Shown piece after piece: positions 29,193 through 38,250 of a DNA stretch of 60,360 nucleotides. The notes under the pieces were generated by a model that made no database searches, was not told where the DNA came from, and saw nothing but the letters and a program-made list of their open reading frames with translations. A program made the position numbers and the translations under genes. Origin of the DNA: an uncultured Planctomycetales bacterium (lineage in GTDB: Bacteria > Planctomycetota > Phycisphaerae > UBA1845 > Fen-1342); assembly GCA_964394415.1 (NCBI GenBank), contig CAYMXT010000002.1, forward strand, positions 1-60,360, written 5' to 3'. How positions within the stretch are numbered: position 1 is the first letter of the stretch; each line of letters opens with the position of its first letter.

Positions 29193-29498
29193 GTGAGACA
29201 CGAACACGGAACGGTCGGGGGCGCGGAGTATGAATGCGGGCGAAGCGGCTCGGGCGCTGCCTGCAAATGGGTTCCCGTAATTGACCCGGATACCTGTACT
29301 GGCTGCAATCTGTGCATCGAGGCCTGCGGCCCGAAGTGCCTGGAGCCGGTCGACGAAATCGCTGTACTCACGGCGCCCGGCGCCTGCGGCAGCGAGGAGC
29401 ACTGCATCCCGATGTGCGCATTCGACGCCATCCGCATGGAGTGGGTTGCGATGGACGGCGACCGCAGCCGTGGGAAGTGGCGAGATGCTCCGCCGTAG
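29193..29498 (+). CDS. 4Fe-4S dicluster ferredoxin-like protein
   Basis: GTG start after GATGGAGG. Cys motifs: CTGCNLCIEACGPKC and CGSEEHCIPMC. Confidence 0.7.
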   Translation: MRHEHGTVGGAEYECGRSGSGAACKWVPVIDPDTCTGCNLCIEACGPKCLEPVDEIAVLTAPGACGSEEHCIPMCAFDAIRMEWVAMDGDRSRGKWRDAPP

Positions 29499-29510
29499 CT
29501 GGACGGGGAA

Positions 29511-29957
29511 ATGGGCATGGCCACGAAGAACCTCGACATCCGCATCAAACGAATCTACGAGCCGCCGGACACATGCGACGGCCGTCGATTCCTGGTCGAT
29601 CGCCTCTGGCCGCGCGGTCTGCGGCGTGAAGACCTTCAGTTGGATGGATGGCTGAAGGACGTTGCGCCCAGCGATACGTTGCGCGCCTGGTTCGGGCATG
29701 ATCAGGATCGCTGGCAGGAGTTCCGCGAGCGCTACTTCGCCGAGCTCGACCGACATCCGGCGACTTGGGCCTCTCTGGCCGACATTGTTGCCACGGAAAC
29801 AGTGACGCTGCTCTTTGCCGCTCGCGACGAGCGGCACAACAACGCCGTGGCGCTGCGCGAGTACCTGCTCCGGAATTCGCAACGTCCACAACCGCAGACC
29901 GGCCGGCGGCGCAGCTTGGCCGGGTCATCCGACAAGTCTCAAGCGCGAGCGAGGTAA
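29511..29957 (+). CDS. DUF488 domain protein
   Basis: IKRIYEPPDTCDGRRFLVDRLWPRGLRREDLQLDGWLKDVAPSDTLRAWFGHD...TLLFAARDERHNNAVAL follows the DUF488 family pattern. Confidence 0.75.
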   Translation: MGMATKNLDIRIKRIYEPPDTCDGRRFLVDRLWPRGLRREDLQLDGWLKDVAPSDTLRAWFGHDQDRWQEFRERYFAELDRHPATWASLADIVATETVTLLFAARDERHNNAVALREYLLRNSQRPQPQTGRRRSLAGSSDKSQARAR

Positions 29958-29960
29958 CCG

Positions 29961-30356
29961 GTGCAGATCAATCAGAACGTCATCGCTGCATTCGCGGAAG
30001 CGCCCTTGTGGTACCTCGCCACGTGTGGAGAAGGAGGGCCGAACGTCGTCCCGGTCGGTTTCAAGTGGGTCGAGTACGACTGCCTACTCATCGCCGATCG
30101 CTTCTTCGGGAGGACCCGAGACGACCTTGGCCGCCGACGGCGAGTCGCCGTTTCAGTCGGGCTGCTCAATCCCAAGCGTGGGTTCCAAGTAAGAGCGACC
30201 GCGGAGGTGCATCGGCATGGACCTGTCCTCGAGCGCGTGTGCCAACTCTTGCGCTCCGGGGGTGTCGACGCAACGCCGTACGCCGCGTTGGAGATCCCGT
30301 TCGAGGAAACCTATGACCTGACCCCCGGTCCTGACGCTGGAAAACGCATCGCGTAG
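29961..30356 (+). CDS. pyridoxamine 5-prime-phosphate oxidase-like FMN-binding protein
   Basis: GTG start after GAGG. N-terminal pattern WYLATCGEGGPNVVPVGFKWVEYDCLLIAD is typical of the split-barrel PNPOx family. Last gene before the accessory block. Confidence 0.65.
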   Translation: MQINQNVIAAFAEAPLWYLATCGEGGPNVVPVGFKWVEYDCLLIADRFFGRTRDDLGRRRRVAVSVGLLNPKRGFQVRATAEVHRHGPVLERVCQLLRSGGVDATPYAALEIPFEETYDLTPGPDAGKRIA

Positions 30357-30470
30357 AGCAGAGGCGCGCCGGTCGCGACAGCAGGGCTGCACGAACGCGC
30401 GCGGCGCGGTCCGGCCGAAGCCACGGCCAGTCACCGACAGCCCGTGAACCCTTTGGGGGACTTGCGATAG

Positions 30471-30512
30471 AACGCGAAACGCCGAGGTGTCTCCGCCTAG
30501 GCGTTTCGCGTT
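30471..30512. repeat. perfect 13-bp inverted repeat (stem-loop) at the core/accessory junction
   Basis: AACGCGAAACGCC (30471-30483) and GGCGTTTCGCGTT (30500-30512) are separated by a 16-nt loop. No U/T tract on either side. Confidence 0.6.
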
Positions 30513-30767
30513 AACCCGTGGGTCGGCCGATTTCGATACGCTCCATGACCAAGTACGGCACGCCCTAGAGGGATCGAAACCGTCCTCGAACAGGAGTCGC
30601 GCGACAAAACAGAGACGCTGTTCGCGTTTGACTCGCCCCCTTGAATTCAACTCCCTTGGTTAGGCTCGCTCGCGCGAACCTGATCCCCTTGGTTTAGATG
30701 CCTCGGGCGGACTGAACCTCGCATTTCGGTCCCAGTGCGCCGGCTGAATTGCGAACGCTCGGTCCGG

Positions 30768-33700
30768 TCAGAAGAATGCCGTCCACACCACTACGGCAAC
30801 GCCGAAGGCGTGCGCAGCAATTGCCAGAATGTTCTTCGGTTTGCGTACGAAGCTAACGAGTTCGCGCTTGGCGCCATTCCTCGTCGCCCAACTTGCCAAT
30901 AGTTGCCCGGGTATCCCGCCAGCGGCGGCGAGCCGGTTGTTCAGTCGGATTGAGCCTACTCCGCTACGGATGAGAGCGATCTCGTAGTCCAGTAGCTCGT
31001 ACAGAAAACCAAATACCGAAACCGCCACGTAGTACCGCAGGCAAGCTCCCGCGAGACTGGTGATCGCCGGAAGCAGGCTGAGAAATGCGAGCGTCGTCAG
31101 CGTTCCCCACAGGAACCATCGGCGGCGTGCCTCCAGGTGATCGTGCGCGTGCGGCGCGAATACGACGCCGAGCCGGCGGCACAAACCAGTCAGTATTGCC
31201 GCCCCTCCGATGTCCAGCGCGCGAGAGAGCATCGCCGACGGAAGCATCAATCTCCTGGATTGACTGCGTGCGGCTGCTTGCAGCAGTATCGCGACCATCG
31301 CAGAGCCGGAAACCGCAGGTACGAGCAGGACTGCGCTAAACAGAACCGACAGAAACACCAGCTCTCGCGCAACAAAGGTGAAGCCGGCAAATAGCGACCA
31401 GTCCACCAGCTTGGTCGCGAATCGGGCAAACTGCGCTAGCGGCCAAAGCGGCACCCATCCTAGAAGAACAAGCAGCAGCGCGAATCTCGCTTGTGTAAGC
31501 ACCTTGACGATGGGCTCAGCGCACGAGCTCCACGCGCCCGGGAGGACCGCTGGCCGGGGCGCACATTCTGGAATGGTCAGAAGCGGAGACCAAATCCGCT
31601 CCGTTCGAAGCCGGACCTCGAATACGAGTCGCCAAAACGCGGCGAAGCCCACAGTCCACAGTAGCGTCGGCCCCAGCAACGGCACCCGGAACAAGAGCAC
31701 GGACGCCGCAAGAAGTCCCAGCAGCATCACGTCACCACGCCGCAGCTTCCAGATTCGCCTGACCCTGGTGTGCGTTACGGTGGGCGCTGGCTCTTCCCTC
31801 GACACTGCCTGGAGCCGTTCCGTTGCCGTCTTCAGCGCCTCCAGCGCCCGGGTCTCCGTTGGCGAACCGGAAGCGCCCGTCGTAGCCCATTCCGCGGGCA
31901 GATCGGGCGGCGCAGAGAACGCATCGAGCGACACGACACGGATCGGCGGCTCTGGCTGAGTGCGCAGAAGGCTCTCGGCCAGCGGGTCCTGCGTCGAGAC
32001 GCCGAGCCGGCCCAGAATCGCCAAGCGGCCGTTCACCACGTCCTGCGACAGACTCGGATCGAACGAGGATGGGTTCGTCGCCGCCACAGGCGGCAGTTCC
32101 AGCCAGGACGCTTGAAATACTCGAGGGCTTTTCAGGCGGTTGGCAAGCTCGCCCAACGCGCCAAAGAGGGCATCCGTGCTTCGTGCCTCGACGCAAACGA
32201 TTGCCTGACGGGGGGATTGGGTCGCGGCATCCGACGCGGGCGAATTGACCGAGAATCTCACGCGATCGCTCGACAGCGAGGACAGATCGTACTGCGGACC
32301 CGTGTCAAAATCGCAGGCAATGGACAGCCTACCGACGACACCCTCCGGCGCAAGCATCTGGAGGATCCGCTGCCTCAGCGATTCGACATCTTTTCTTGTC
32401 GTTGCAAAGAGCGACACACATCCGCTGCGGTCCTCGATGTCGTGAGATCCGCGGCAATCGCGGCTGAGCGCCTTGAGCCGCGCCTTCTGGTTCTGCCGAA
32501 ACTCGAATGGGGCGGAGCCGACGAGATCCTGAAAGGCATTCGGATCGCCGACGGGGACGACGTGAGCGACGAAGTGTGCATTGACGTCAACGGCTCGGCG
32601 TGTGTAATAGCCTTCAACGGTATCGCCATCTCGAAGACGCCGTCCCCCGGCCCACACGGGCAGGTCGGCTCCAGACACGGTCATTGCGGGAGCGCCTTTG
32701 GGAAAGTGGATTCGCCCCTTTACCACCGCTCCCGGGCGCAGATGCCCGACGTCGGGGGCGTTCGCGGGCACCTGACTCAGGACTAGCTGATCCGGCTTCT
32801 CCGCATCGGTGCCCAACACCTCCAGCGTCAGCCCCGTGTCTCGCTCCACGCGATTGAGATTGGAACGGCGCCGCGCGGGCAGGATCGCGACGCGATACGG
32901 CGGGAACGGCGATTCGCAGAGAACGTTGCCACTGCGGGGGAGCACCCTGATGACGCGCACCGCAACGCGCTGTCCCCGCATCGGCAGCGGCGCACAATCG
33001 AGCTGTTCACCGCGCTGAAGCAGCGCGAGCACGCGCGACTTTGTCGCCGGCTCCAGCGGCAGGTCGCGAATCGCCTCCCGCTGGGACTCGGACAATGCTT
33101 GCAGGAGCCGGAGCCTCGACGTCTCCGCGTCCCACCCGACTCCGTGCGAAGCGAGCGACTCCAGGTCGGCCGCCGAAGGCTCGTGCCGCAGGGTCTCAAA
33201 GGGGAGCGGTGTCCTGCGGCTAATGCGAAGCGCGACTGGCTCGGCGATCTTCAGGAGCGCGGCATCGAATCCGCCCATATTGATCCGCGCCAGCACGATG
33301 CAGCCGGCGCGCGGATCGCTGCCGCTGAGCAACACGGAGCATCCATCGGGACGCGTGCTGACCACGCGCCCCGCGGACGTTGCCGGGCCGTTCCGCAGCG
33401 CTTCGTGGACTACGCGATCCGCCAGGTGCCGAAGCGTGAGTTGGACTCGCGCTCCGGTGGTGTCGATCCTCGCGACGCGCGCGCGCAGGTCGGCGCCGAT
33501 CGGCACGAGCCGACACGCACCGCGCGCCTCGCCGACCGTGACGTCGTTGTCGCCGAGCACAACCCGGAGTCCCGTGCCCCGATGCACGACGTGCAGCTCG
33601 TCGTCTCCCTCGGGCGAGACCTCGTGTGAGGCCACGACGACGGCCACGTCCTCACCGGGGCGGTGCTGGCGCGCGAACGCGGCGAACGCTTCGCGCGAGC

Positions 33701-36700
33701 GGGCACACGTCAGGCGGACGGCGCCGGCGCGGTCATGGGCGAAGACCTCGGCCTGCACCTCGCCGCGAGCGCCCTCCGGCGCATCGACGATGACACCGAT
33801 CGCGACGACGCGTGAAAGCCGGCGCGCCGCGGTACGGCGCGGCCCTTCTGCGTTTGCCTCCGTAAGCTCCTCTGTAGTCTCGGTTTCGAGTTCGGGTTCG
33901 ACGTCCTTAATCGCTGGAAGCTCCGGCGCAAACAAAGGCTCGTCCTCGGGTTCCGCGACCTCGACGTCGTCACCGTCGGCTCGGGACGTGCCGTTTGAGT
34001 CGCGGGCTAACTCGCACATCGACTGCGCGGGCGTCCGCAGCCGAGCGCCAAGCTCTACGTGGCAGGCCCGGTCGCGCGCGTGCGAGATGACGCGGCACCA
34101 CACCACCGCTCCCACGGGATAGCGCGTTCGAGTCGCGATGGCGGCCTCCCGATCGACGAGGGCCCTATCGTCCACCGCGGCGGCGGAAAGCTCGGCGACC
34201 AGGCGTGACAGCTTTGCGCTGCTGAGGTCAGGCAATGCCCTTGCAAGGTTTGTGGGCACGACAACCGCGAAGTTCGTCTCGACCACGCGCAGCGCGGCGC
34301 CGCCACGCGTTCGCTCGCTGACACGGCGTGCGACGCTGACAAAAAGGTCGCACGGCCGCAGCGCGCACACAGACCCGCGCAATCGTCCGACGGTCGGCGC
34401 GCGATCCCGCGGCCGGACCGGAACGAACGGGGCCAGCGGATCGAGGTCCGGCCCGGAGGCGCGCTGGAAGACGTGACCGCGATTCGCCCACGCCGTCAGG
34501 ACGCGGATGCGGTCCACGTACGGCTGGTGAATCCGCCGATCCTCGCCTCCCTTGAGGTTCTTCGAGAGCGGCTTGAGCAGCTCGGTGCGGATCGACGCGA
34601 TCTCCTTGTCAAACGCATCCAGATTGACCCCGACGGAGTCCGCCCAGGCCGGCAATACGGCTCGGACGAACGCGCGGCGGCAGTCGCCGAGCCAGAGTTC
34701 CAGATCACGCATCGCACGCCGAGGGATTGGTACCTTGGTGGTGAGTTCATCCAAGTCCGCCACGCAGCGCGCCTGCCCCGCGGCAGCGCGAACGGCATCG
34801 GCCTGCCCGTCCAGCTTGTCGATGATCGCGTCGGCCATCGGTGGCAGCGCGGCCGCGTCCCAGGTGCGCGACCAGATTGCCTCATCGCCGTCGAACTCGT
34901 CGCGGTCGCCGACCTGCTCGTAGGCCGACCACAAGCCGATCGCGAACGCGACGTCGTCCTCAGCAGTTGCCAAGAGAGCATCGCGCAACGGGGACGAGCG
35001 CGGGTCGGCCGTCTCGGTTTCGGGCTCGAAGACTTTCGAACTTCGAACGTTTCGGGCGAGCCACGCGACGGTTGCCGCCATCTCGATCGCGCAGCAGTGC
35101 CGGTCGGCGAGAGACATGAGCAGCGCCACTTCCTGCGGCGGCAGGTTGCCGATGCTGCTGTAGGATTCGACGAAAGCCGCCTGCGGCGTAGGATCCCCGT
35201 CGTCGTCGATCAACCCCGACTCTTTCAAGCGATGGTGCGCGCGCAGCAGTTCCCGATCCAGTTCTTCGCGCTGGCTGTCGTCGGCCATCCAGGGGAAGTA
35301 GCGCGTCTCAACGCGTTCGACGCCGGCCTGGGCTGCCTTAAGCACTGCGGGCGTCATCTCCTCGAGGAGGATCTTGGGTTCCGAGTACGCCTCGAAGAGA
35401 GTCTCGTGCTGCTGCTCGCTGTAGAGCATCCAGGCGACACCGTTGGAGACACGGCCGACGCGGCCCCAGCGCTGCTTGCAGCCGGCTCGACTGTGGAGCC
35501 GCGGCGGCACTCCCGCCTGTTCTTTGCTTGTGTCCCAAATCTTCTGGCAGATGAGCCCCGTATCGATGGAGTGCTTGAGGTTTGGGAACGTCAAAGAAGT
35601 CTCAGCGTAATTGGTGGCAATGATGACGCGAAGCTTGCCTCCGTTTGAGCGGTTCTCCGTCGCGCCCTTCTGCTCGTTCGCGGGTGTGTCTCTGTGCAGG
35701 CCGATGAGATCGAGACTTGCGCGAAGTTCCGGGTGCTGCGCAAGCAGCTCCTCGATCCGTTCGATGCAGGCGGCGACGGACTTTTTGCTGTGCAGGAAGG
35801 CCAGCACGTCGCCGCGCATCTCAGGTGTCGCGAGATCAAGCGAATCCGTGACGGGGCCCAGCGGTGGAAGCGCGTGCATGCGCAGCACGATGTCGGCGAC
35901 CTTGGCGGCCAAGGGCTCGTGAATCGAATCGGCGAGCCGCTTGACGGCCTGCGGGTCGGTTTGATTCGCCACGTATGGCAGCAGGAATTCGCGTGGGTCC
36001 CGATAGACTTTCTGATACTCGTGTTCCTTGAAGTAGCTGAACTCCTTGATCGCGGTTCGCTGGCCCTGTGGGAGGAAGCGATCGAAGTACGCCCGGAACG
36101 CCTCCGGATCGATCGTGGCGCTGGCGATGAGTATCTTTACGTGTGGATTGCGTGCCAGTGCCCGCACAAGCAGGGCCATGATGAAATCGATATTCAAGCT
36201 GCGTTCGTGCGCCTCGTCGATCACGACGAGTCCCATGCGGTGCAGTAGTTCCTGGGTCAGCCACGAGACGACGGTCCCGTCGGTTACGTAGCGCAGACTG
36301 GTCTCCCAGTCCGAATACGGGTTATCCTTAAAGCGATACCCATAGAACTGCCGCGCACCGACGGCGCACCCCACCAGCTCGCCAGCGACGAAGAACGGCG
36401 TGTCACGCGTTGACTTCACGCGCGGCTGCGTGATAAGGATCTGGCCATCGGGGTTGTACATCGCGCCGGAATCGCCGCCACCAGGCGGGAGCATGATGCG
36501 CATCGGGATGTAGGTTGACTTTCCCGCGCCGGTCTTTGCGATCGCCAGCGCAACGCGGACCGACGGATCGCTCAGCAGTTCGTGGAACTCGAGTAGCTCG
36601 GAGTCCTTGACCGCGAATCTGCCCTCAGGAATCGGACGGCCGCACCGGCGGGACATGTACTCGACCGTCGCATGCGGCAGGAATCCCAGCGCCGAGTGCG

Positions 36701-36899
36701 ACGCGGCCGCTTTGCCGTCGGTGCTCTCGAGCAGCGTGGCCTCGAACGGCAGGTAGCGAAGTGGTCGTCGCGCGGAGGCTTCGCAGCCTGGGCACAGTTC
36801 CGGTAGCCCACGCATTCCCGCGCGCCGAGCGGCGACAACGTGCTGCGAGAACGTCTGGGGCTCCCGGCACCCAGCGCAGTGGAACGTCCACTCAAGCAT
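30768..36899 (-). CDS. giant DEAH/RHA (HrpA-like) helicase with an N-terminal Zn-ribbon, a long beta-rich middle region and a C-terminal multi-TM domain
   Basis: Motifs in order: AKTGAGKST, TQPRV, TDGTVV, DEAHERSLNIDF, SAT, ATNYAETSLTFP, QRWGRVGR. Two CxxC pairs at the N-terminus. The last ~320 aa hold 8-9 hydrophobic helices. ATG 36899 overlaps the upstream stop (ATGCTTGA). Confidence 0.85.
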   Translation of the reverse strand: MLEWTFHCAGCREPQTFSQHVVAARRAGMRGLPELCPGCEASARRPLRYLPFEATLLESTDGKAAASHSALGFLPHATVEYMSRRCGRPIPEGRFAVKDSELLEFHELLSDPSVRVALAIAKTGAGKSTYIPMRIMLPPGGGDSGAMYNPDGQILITQPRVKSTRDTPFFVAGELVGCAVGARQFYGYRFKDNPYSDWETSLRYVTDGTVVSWLTQELLHRMGLVVIDEAHERSLNIDFIMALLVRALARNPHVKILIASATIDPEAFRAYFDRFLPQGQRTAIKEFSYFKEHEYQKVYRDPREFLLPYVANQTDPQAVKRLADSIHEPLAAKVADIVLRMHALPPLGPVTDSLDLATPEMRGDVLAFLHSKKSVAACIERIEELLAQHPELRASLDLIGLHRDTPANEQKGATENRSNGGKLRVIIATNYAETSLTFPNLKHSIDTGLICQKIWDTSKEQAGVPPRLHSRAGCKQRWGRVGRVSNGVAWMLYSEQQHETLFEAYSEPKILLEEMTPAVLKAAQAGVERVETRYFPWMADDSQREELDRELLRAHHRLKESGLIDDDGDPTPQAAFVESYSSIGNLPPQEVALLMSLADRHCCAIEMAATVAWLARNVRSSKVFEPETETADPRSSPLRDALLATAEDDVAFAIGLWSAYEQVGDRDEFDGDEAIWSRTWDAAALPPMADAIIDKLDGQADAVRAAAGQARCVADLDELTTKVPIPRRAMRDLELWLGDCRRAFVRAVLPAWADSVGVNLDAFDKEIASIRTELLKPLSKNLKGGEDRRIHQPYVDRIRVLTAWANRGHVFQRASGPDLDPLAPFVPVRPRDRAPTVGRLRGSVCALRPCDLFVSVARRVSERTRGGAALRVVETNFAVVVPTNLARALPDLSSAKLSRLVAELSAAAVDDRALVDREAAIATRTRYPVGAVVWCRVISHARDRACHVELGARLRTPAQSMCELARDSNGTSRADGDDVEVAEPEDEPLFAPELPAIKDVEPELETETTEELTEANAEGPRRTAARRLSRVVAIGVIVDAPEGARGEVQAEVFAHDRAGAVRLTCARSREAFAAFARQHRPGEDVAVVVASHEVSPEGDDELHVVHRGTGLRVVLGDNDVTVGEARGACRLVPIGADLRARVARIDTTGARVQLTLRHLADRVVHEALRNGPATSAGRVVSTRPDGCSVLLSGSDPRAGCIVLARINMGGFDAALLKIAEPVALRISRRTPLPFETLRHEPSAADLESLASHGVGWDAETSRLRLLQALSESQREAIRDLPLEPATKSRVLALLQRGEQLDCAPLPMRGQRVAVRVIRVLPRSGNVLCESPFPPYRVAILPARRRSNLNRVERDTGLTLEVLGTDAEKPDQLVLSQVPANAPDVGHLRPGAVVKGRIHFPKGAPAMTVSGADLPVWAGGRRLRDGDTVEGYYTRRAVDVNAHFVAHVVPVGDPNAFQDLVGSAPFEFRQNQKARLKALSRDCRGSHDIEDRSGCVSLFATTRKDVESLRQRILQMLAPEGVVGRLSIACDFDTGPQYDLSSLSSDRVRFSVNSPASDAATQSPRQAIVCVEARSTDALFGALGELANRLKSPRVFQASWLELPPVAATNPSSFDPSLSQDVVNGRLAILGRLGVSTQDPLAESLLRTQPEPPIRVVSLDAFSAPPDLPAEWATTGASGSPTETRALEALKTATERLQAVSREEPAPTVTHTRVRRIWKLRRGDVMLLGLLAASVLLFRVPLLGPTLLWTVGFAAFWRLVFEVRLRTERIWSPLLTIPECAPRPAVLPGAWSSCAEPIVKVLTQARFALLLVLLGWVPLWPLAQFARFATKLVDWSLFAGFTFVARELVFLSVLFSAVLLVPAVSGSAMVAILLQAAARSQSRRLMLPSAMLSRALDIGGAAILTGLCRRLGVVFAPHAHDHLEARRRWFLWGTLTTLAFLSLLPAITSLAGACLRYYVAVSVFGFLYELLDYEIALIRSGVGSIRLNNRLAAAGGIPGQLLASWATRNGAKRELVSFVRKPKNILAIAAHAFGVAVVVWTAFF

Positions 36900-38250
36900 G
36901 CTCGTCTCCTGTCGCCGCCGACGCCGGCCAGACCGGTCCATGGGTCGCCGGCCCGTTTTCCTGCTCGTACACCGGGGTAACGCGCAGCCACGGCCCCGGG
37001 TGGTCCGTAAAGCTGATTCGGCGCTCGAACCAGCGCGCCAACCGCGCCAGGTGTGGCCAGCGAACCGAGACCCGCTCCCACCACACGCGCAACAGCGACA
37101 CGGGCCGCTGCGACTCGAGGATTGTGTGGATCGCAGCGCGGTAGAAGCCGACCACAGCGGCTTCGAGTCCAGTGTGGTGCAGATAGACCATGACCCGCCG
37201 ACCGCCGTACGTCACCCGCAACTCGCGCAGCAGCGTCAAGCCACGCTCGAAACAAATGCGGTCCTGTGCATCCATGGGCAGGTTGCCGGTCGCCTCGGCG
37301 TTCGTCAGGTAGGCGCGCTCCACATTGACGTCCATATGAACGTGTCGCATGCTGATCAGCGCCACATGTAGCTCGTGGTCCGCCTTCCACGCGGCCGGTG
37401 CCCGTTCGGCACACCTCAGCGGAAATCCCGGAGCCGGTGCCCCGCAGCCATACACCACCGGCACGTCCACCCGCAGTTCTCCGCGCGGCCGTAGGATTTC
37501 CTCCGCAAGCACGTCCGTGAGCGTCGGATGGTCCTGGCGCAGTGCATCGATCACACCGCCATGCTCGATCGCCGCCCGTACACGCCGCCGGCAGAGCTCC
37601 TTTTTCCGCTGGAAGCCCGCCTCGCGACTCGCCCGGGTGCCGGCGGCGCGCTCGCGCGCCTCGATCTCGAGCATGTGAAGAGCGGTCTCCCACTCGGACT
37701 CGATCGCGACGTGATCGGCCTGGTCGGGCGCAGGGCGCGCCGGTGCGGCCCCGTCACGCTGGTCGGTGAGAGCGGGTAGTTCGAGCAGGCCGCACCCGCT
37801 CGGCTGCGCCACCGACTCGATGAACTGCAACATCGCCTGAATGTCCCGGTCTCCGGTCCGCTCGGCATCGAGCGCGGCCAGCGATAACTCGTCGACCATA
37901 TCTGCCACCTGTCCTGGCTCCGTCAGGCAGCGCCCCAGCCAGCGCGGGCGGTTGGCCGCGTTACGCGCCGCAAGGTGGCCGAGCAGGTCGAGATACCCTC
38001 TACCGATGCAGACCGATTGCCCCAGGCGGGCATCGTATCGGCTCGACGCGGGGACGATGTCATCGAGTCGCTGAAGAAGCCCGTGGATGCGCCGGCGGTC
38101 ATTCAGCGGATTCACGTGTTTGCCGAGATGACGGACGGCGACCCGCAGCTCCGACAGCGTGCGGTGGAGCTCGTCGGAACCGGTCTCAGCCGGTTCAAAC
38201 AGCACCGCCGGCAGCGCGAACAGCCGCAGCTGAGGCGCGCGCGGTTTCAT
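36892..38250 (-). CDS. hypothetical protein, translationally coupled to the helicase gene
   Basis: 452-aa ORF. Its ATG overlaps the upstream stop (ATGA, 38247-38250) and its stop overlaps the helicase ATG. Composition is non-repetitive. No motif recognised. Confidence 0.7.
   Translation of the reverse strand: MKPRAPQLRLFALPAVLFEPAETGSDELHRTLSELRVAVRHLGKHVNPLNDRRRIHGLLQRLDDIVPASSRYDARLGQSVCIGRGYLDLLGHLAARNAANRPRWLGRCLTEPGQVADMVDELSLAALDAERTGDRDIQAMLQFIESVAQPSGCGLLELPALTDQRDGAAPARPAPDQADHVAIESEWETALHMLEIEARERAAGTRASREAGFQRKKELCRRRVRAAIEHGGVIDALRQDHPTLTDVLAEEILRPRGELRVDVPVVYGCGAPAPGFPLRCAERAPAAWKADHELHVALISMRHVHMDVNVERAYLTNAEATGNLPMDAQDRICFERGLTLLRELRVTYGGRRVMVYLHHTGLEAAVVGFYRAAIHTILESQRPVSLLRVWWERVSVRWPHLARLARWFERRISFTDHPGPWLRVTPVYEQENGPATHGPVWPASAATGDEHA

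Noticed and set aside
30520-30610. T-loop-like string (GGATCGAAACC; reverse complement GGTTTCGATCC) that might indicate a tRNA or tmRNA integration target at the island border.
   Set aside because: I could not fold a cloverleaf by hand. There are no matching T-stem, acceptor stem or anticodon arm around it. It should still be run through tRNAscan-SE/ARAGORN.
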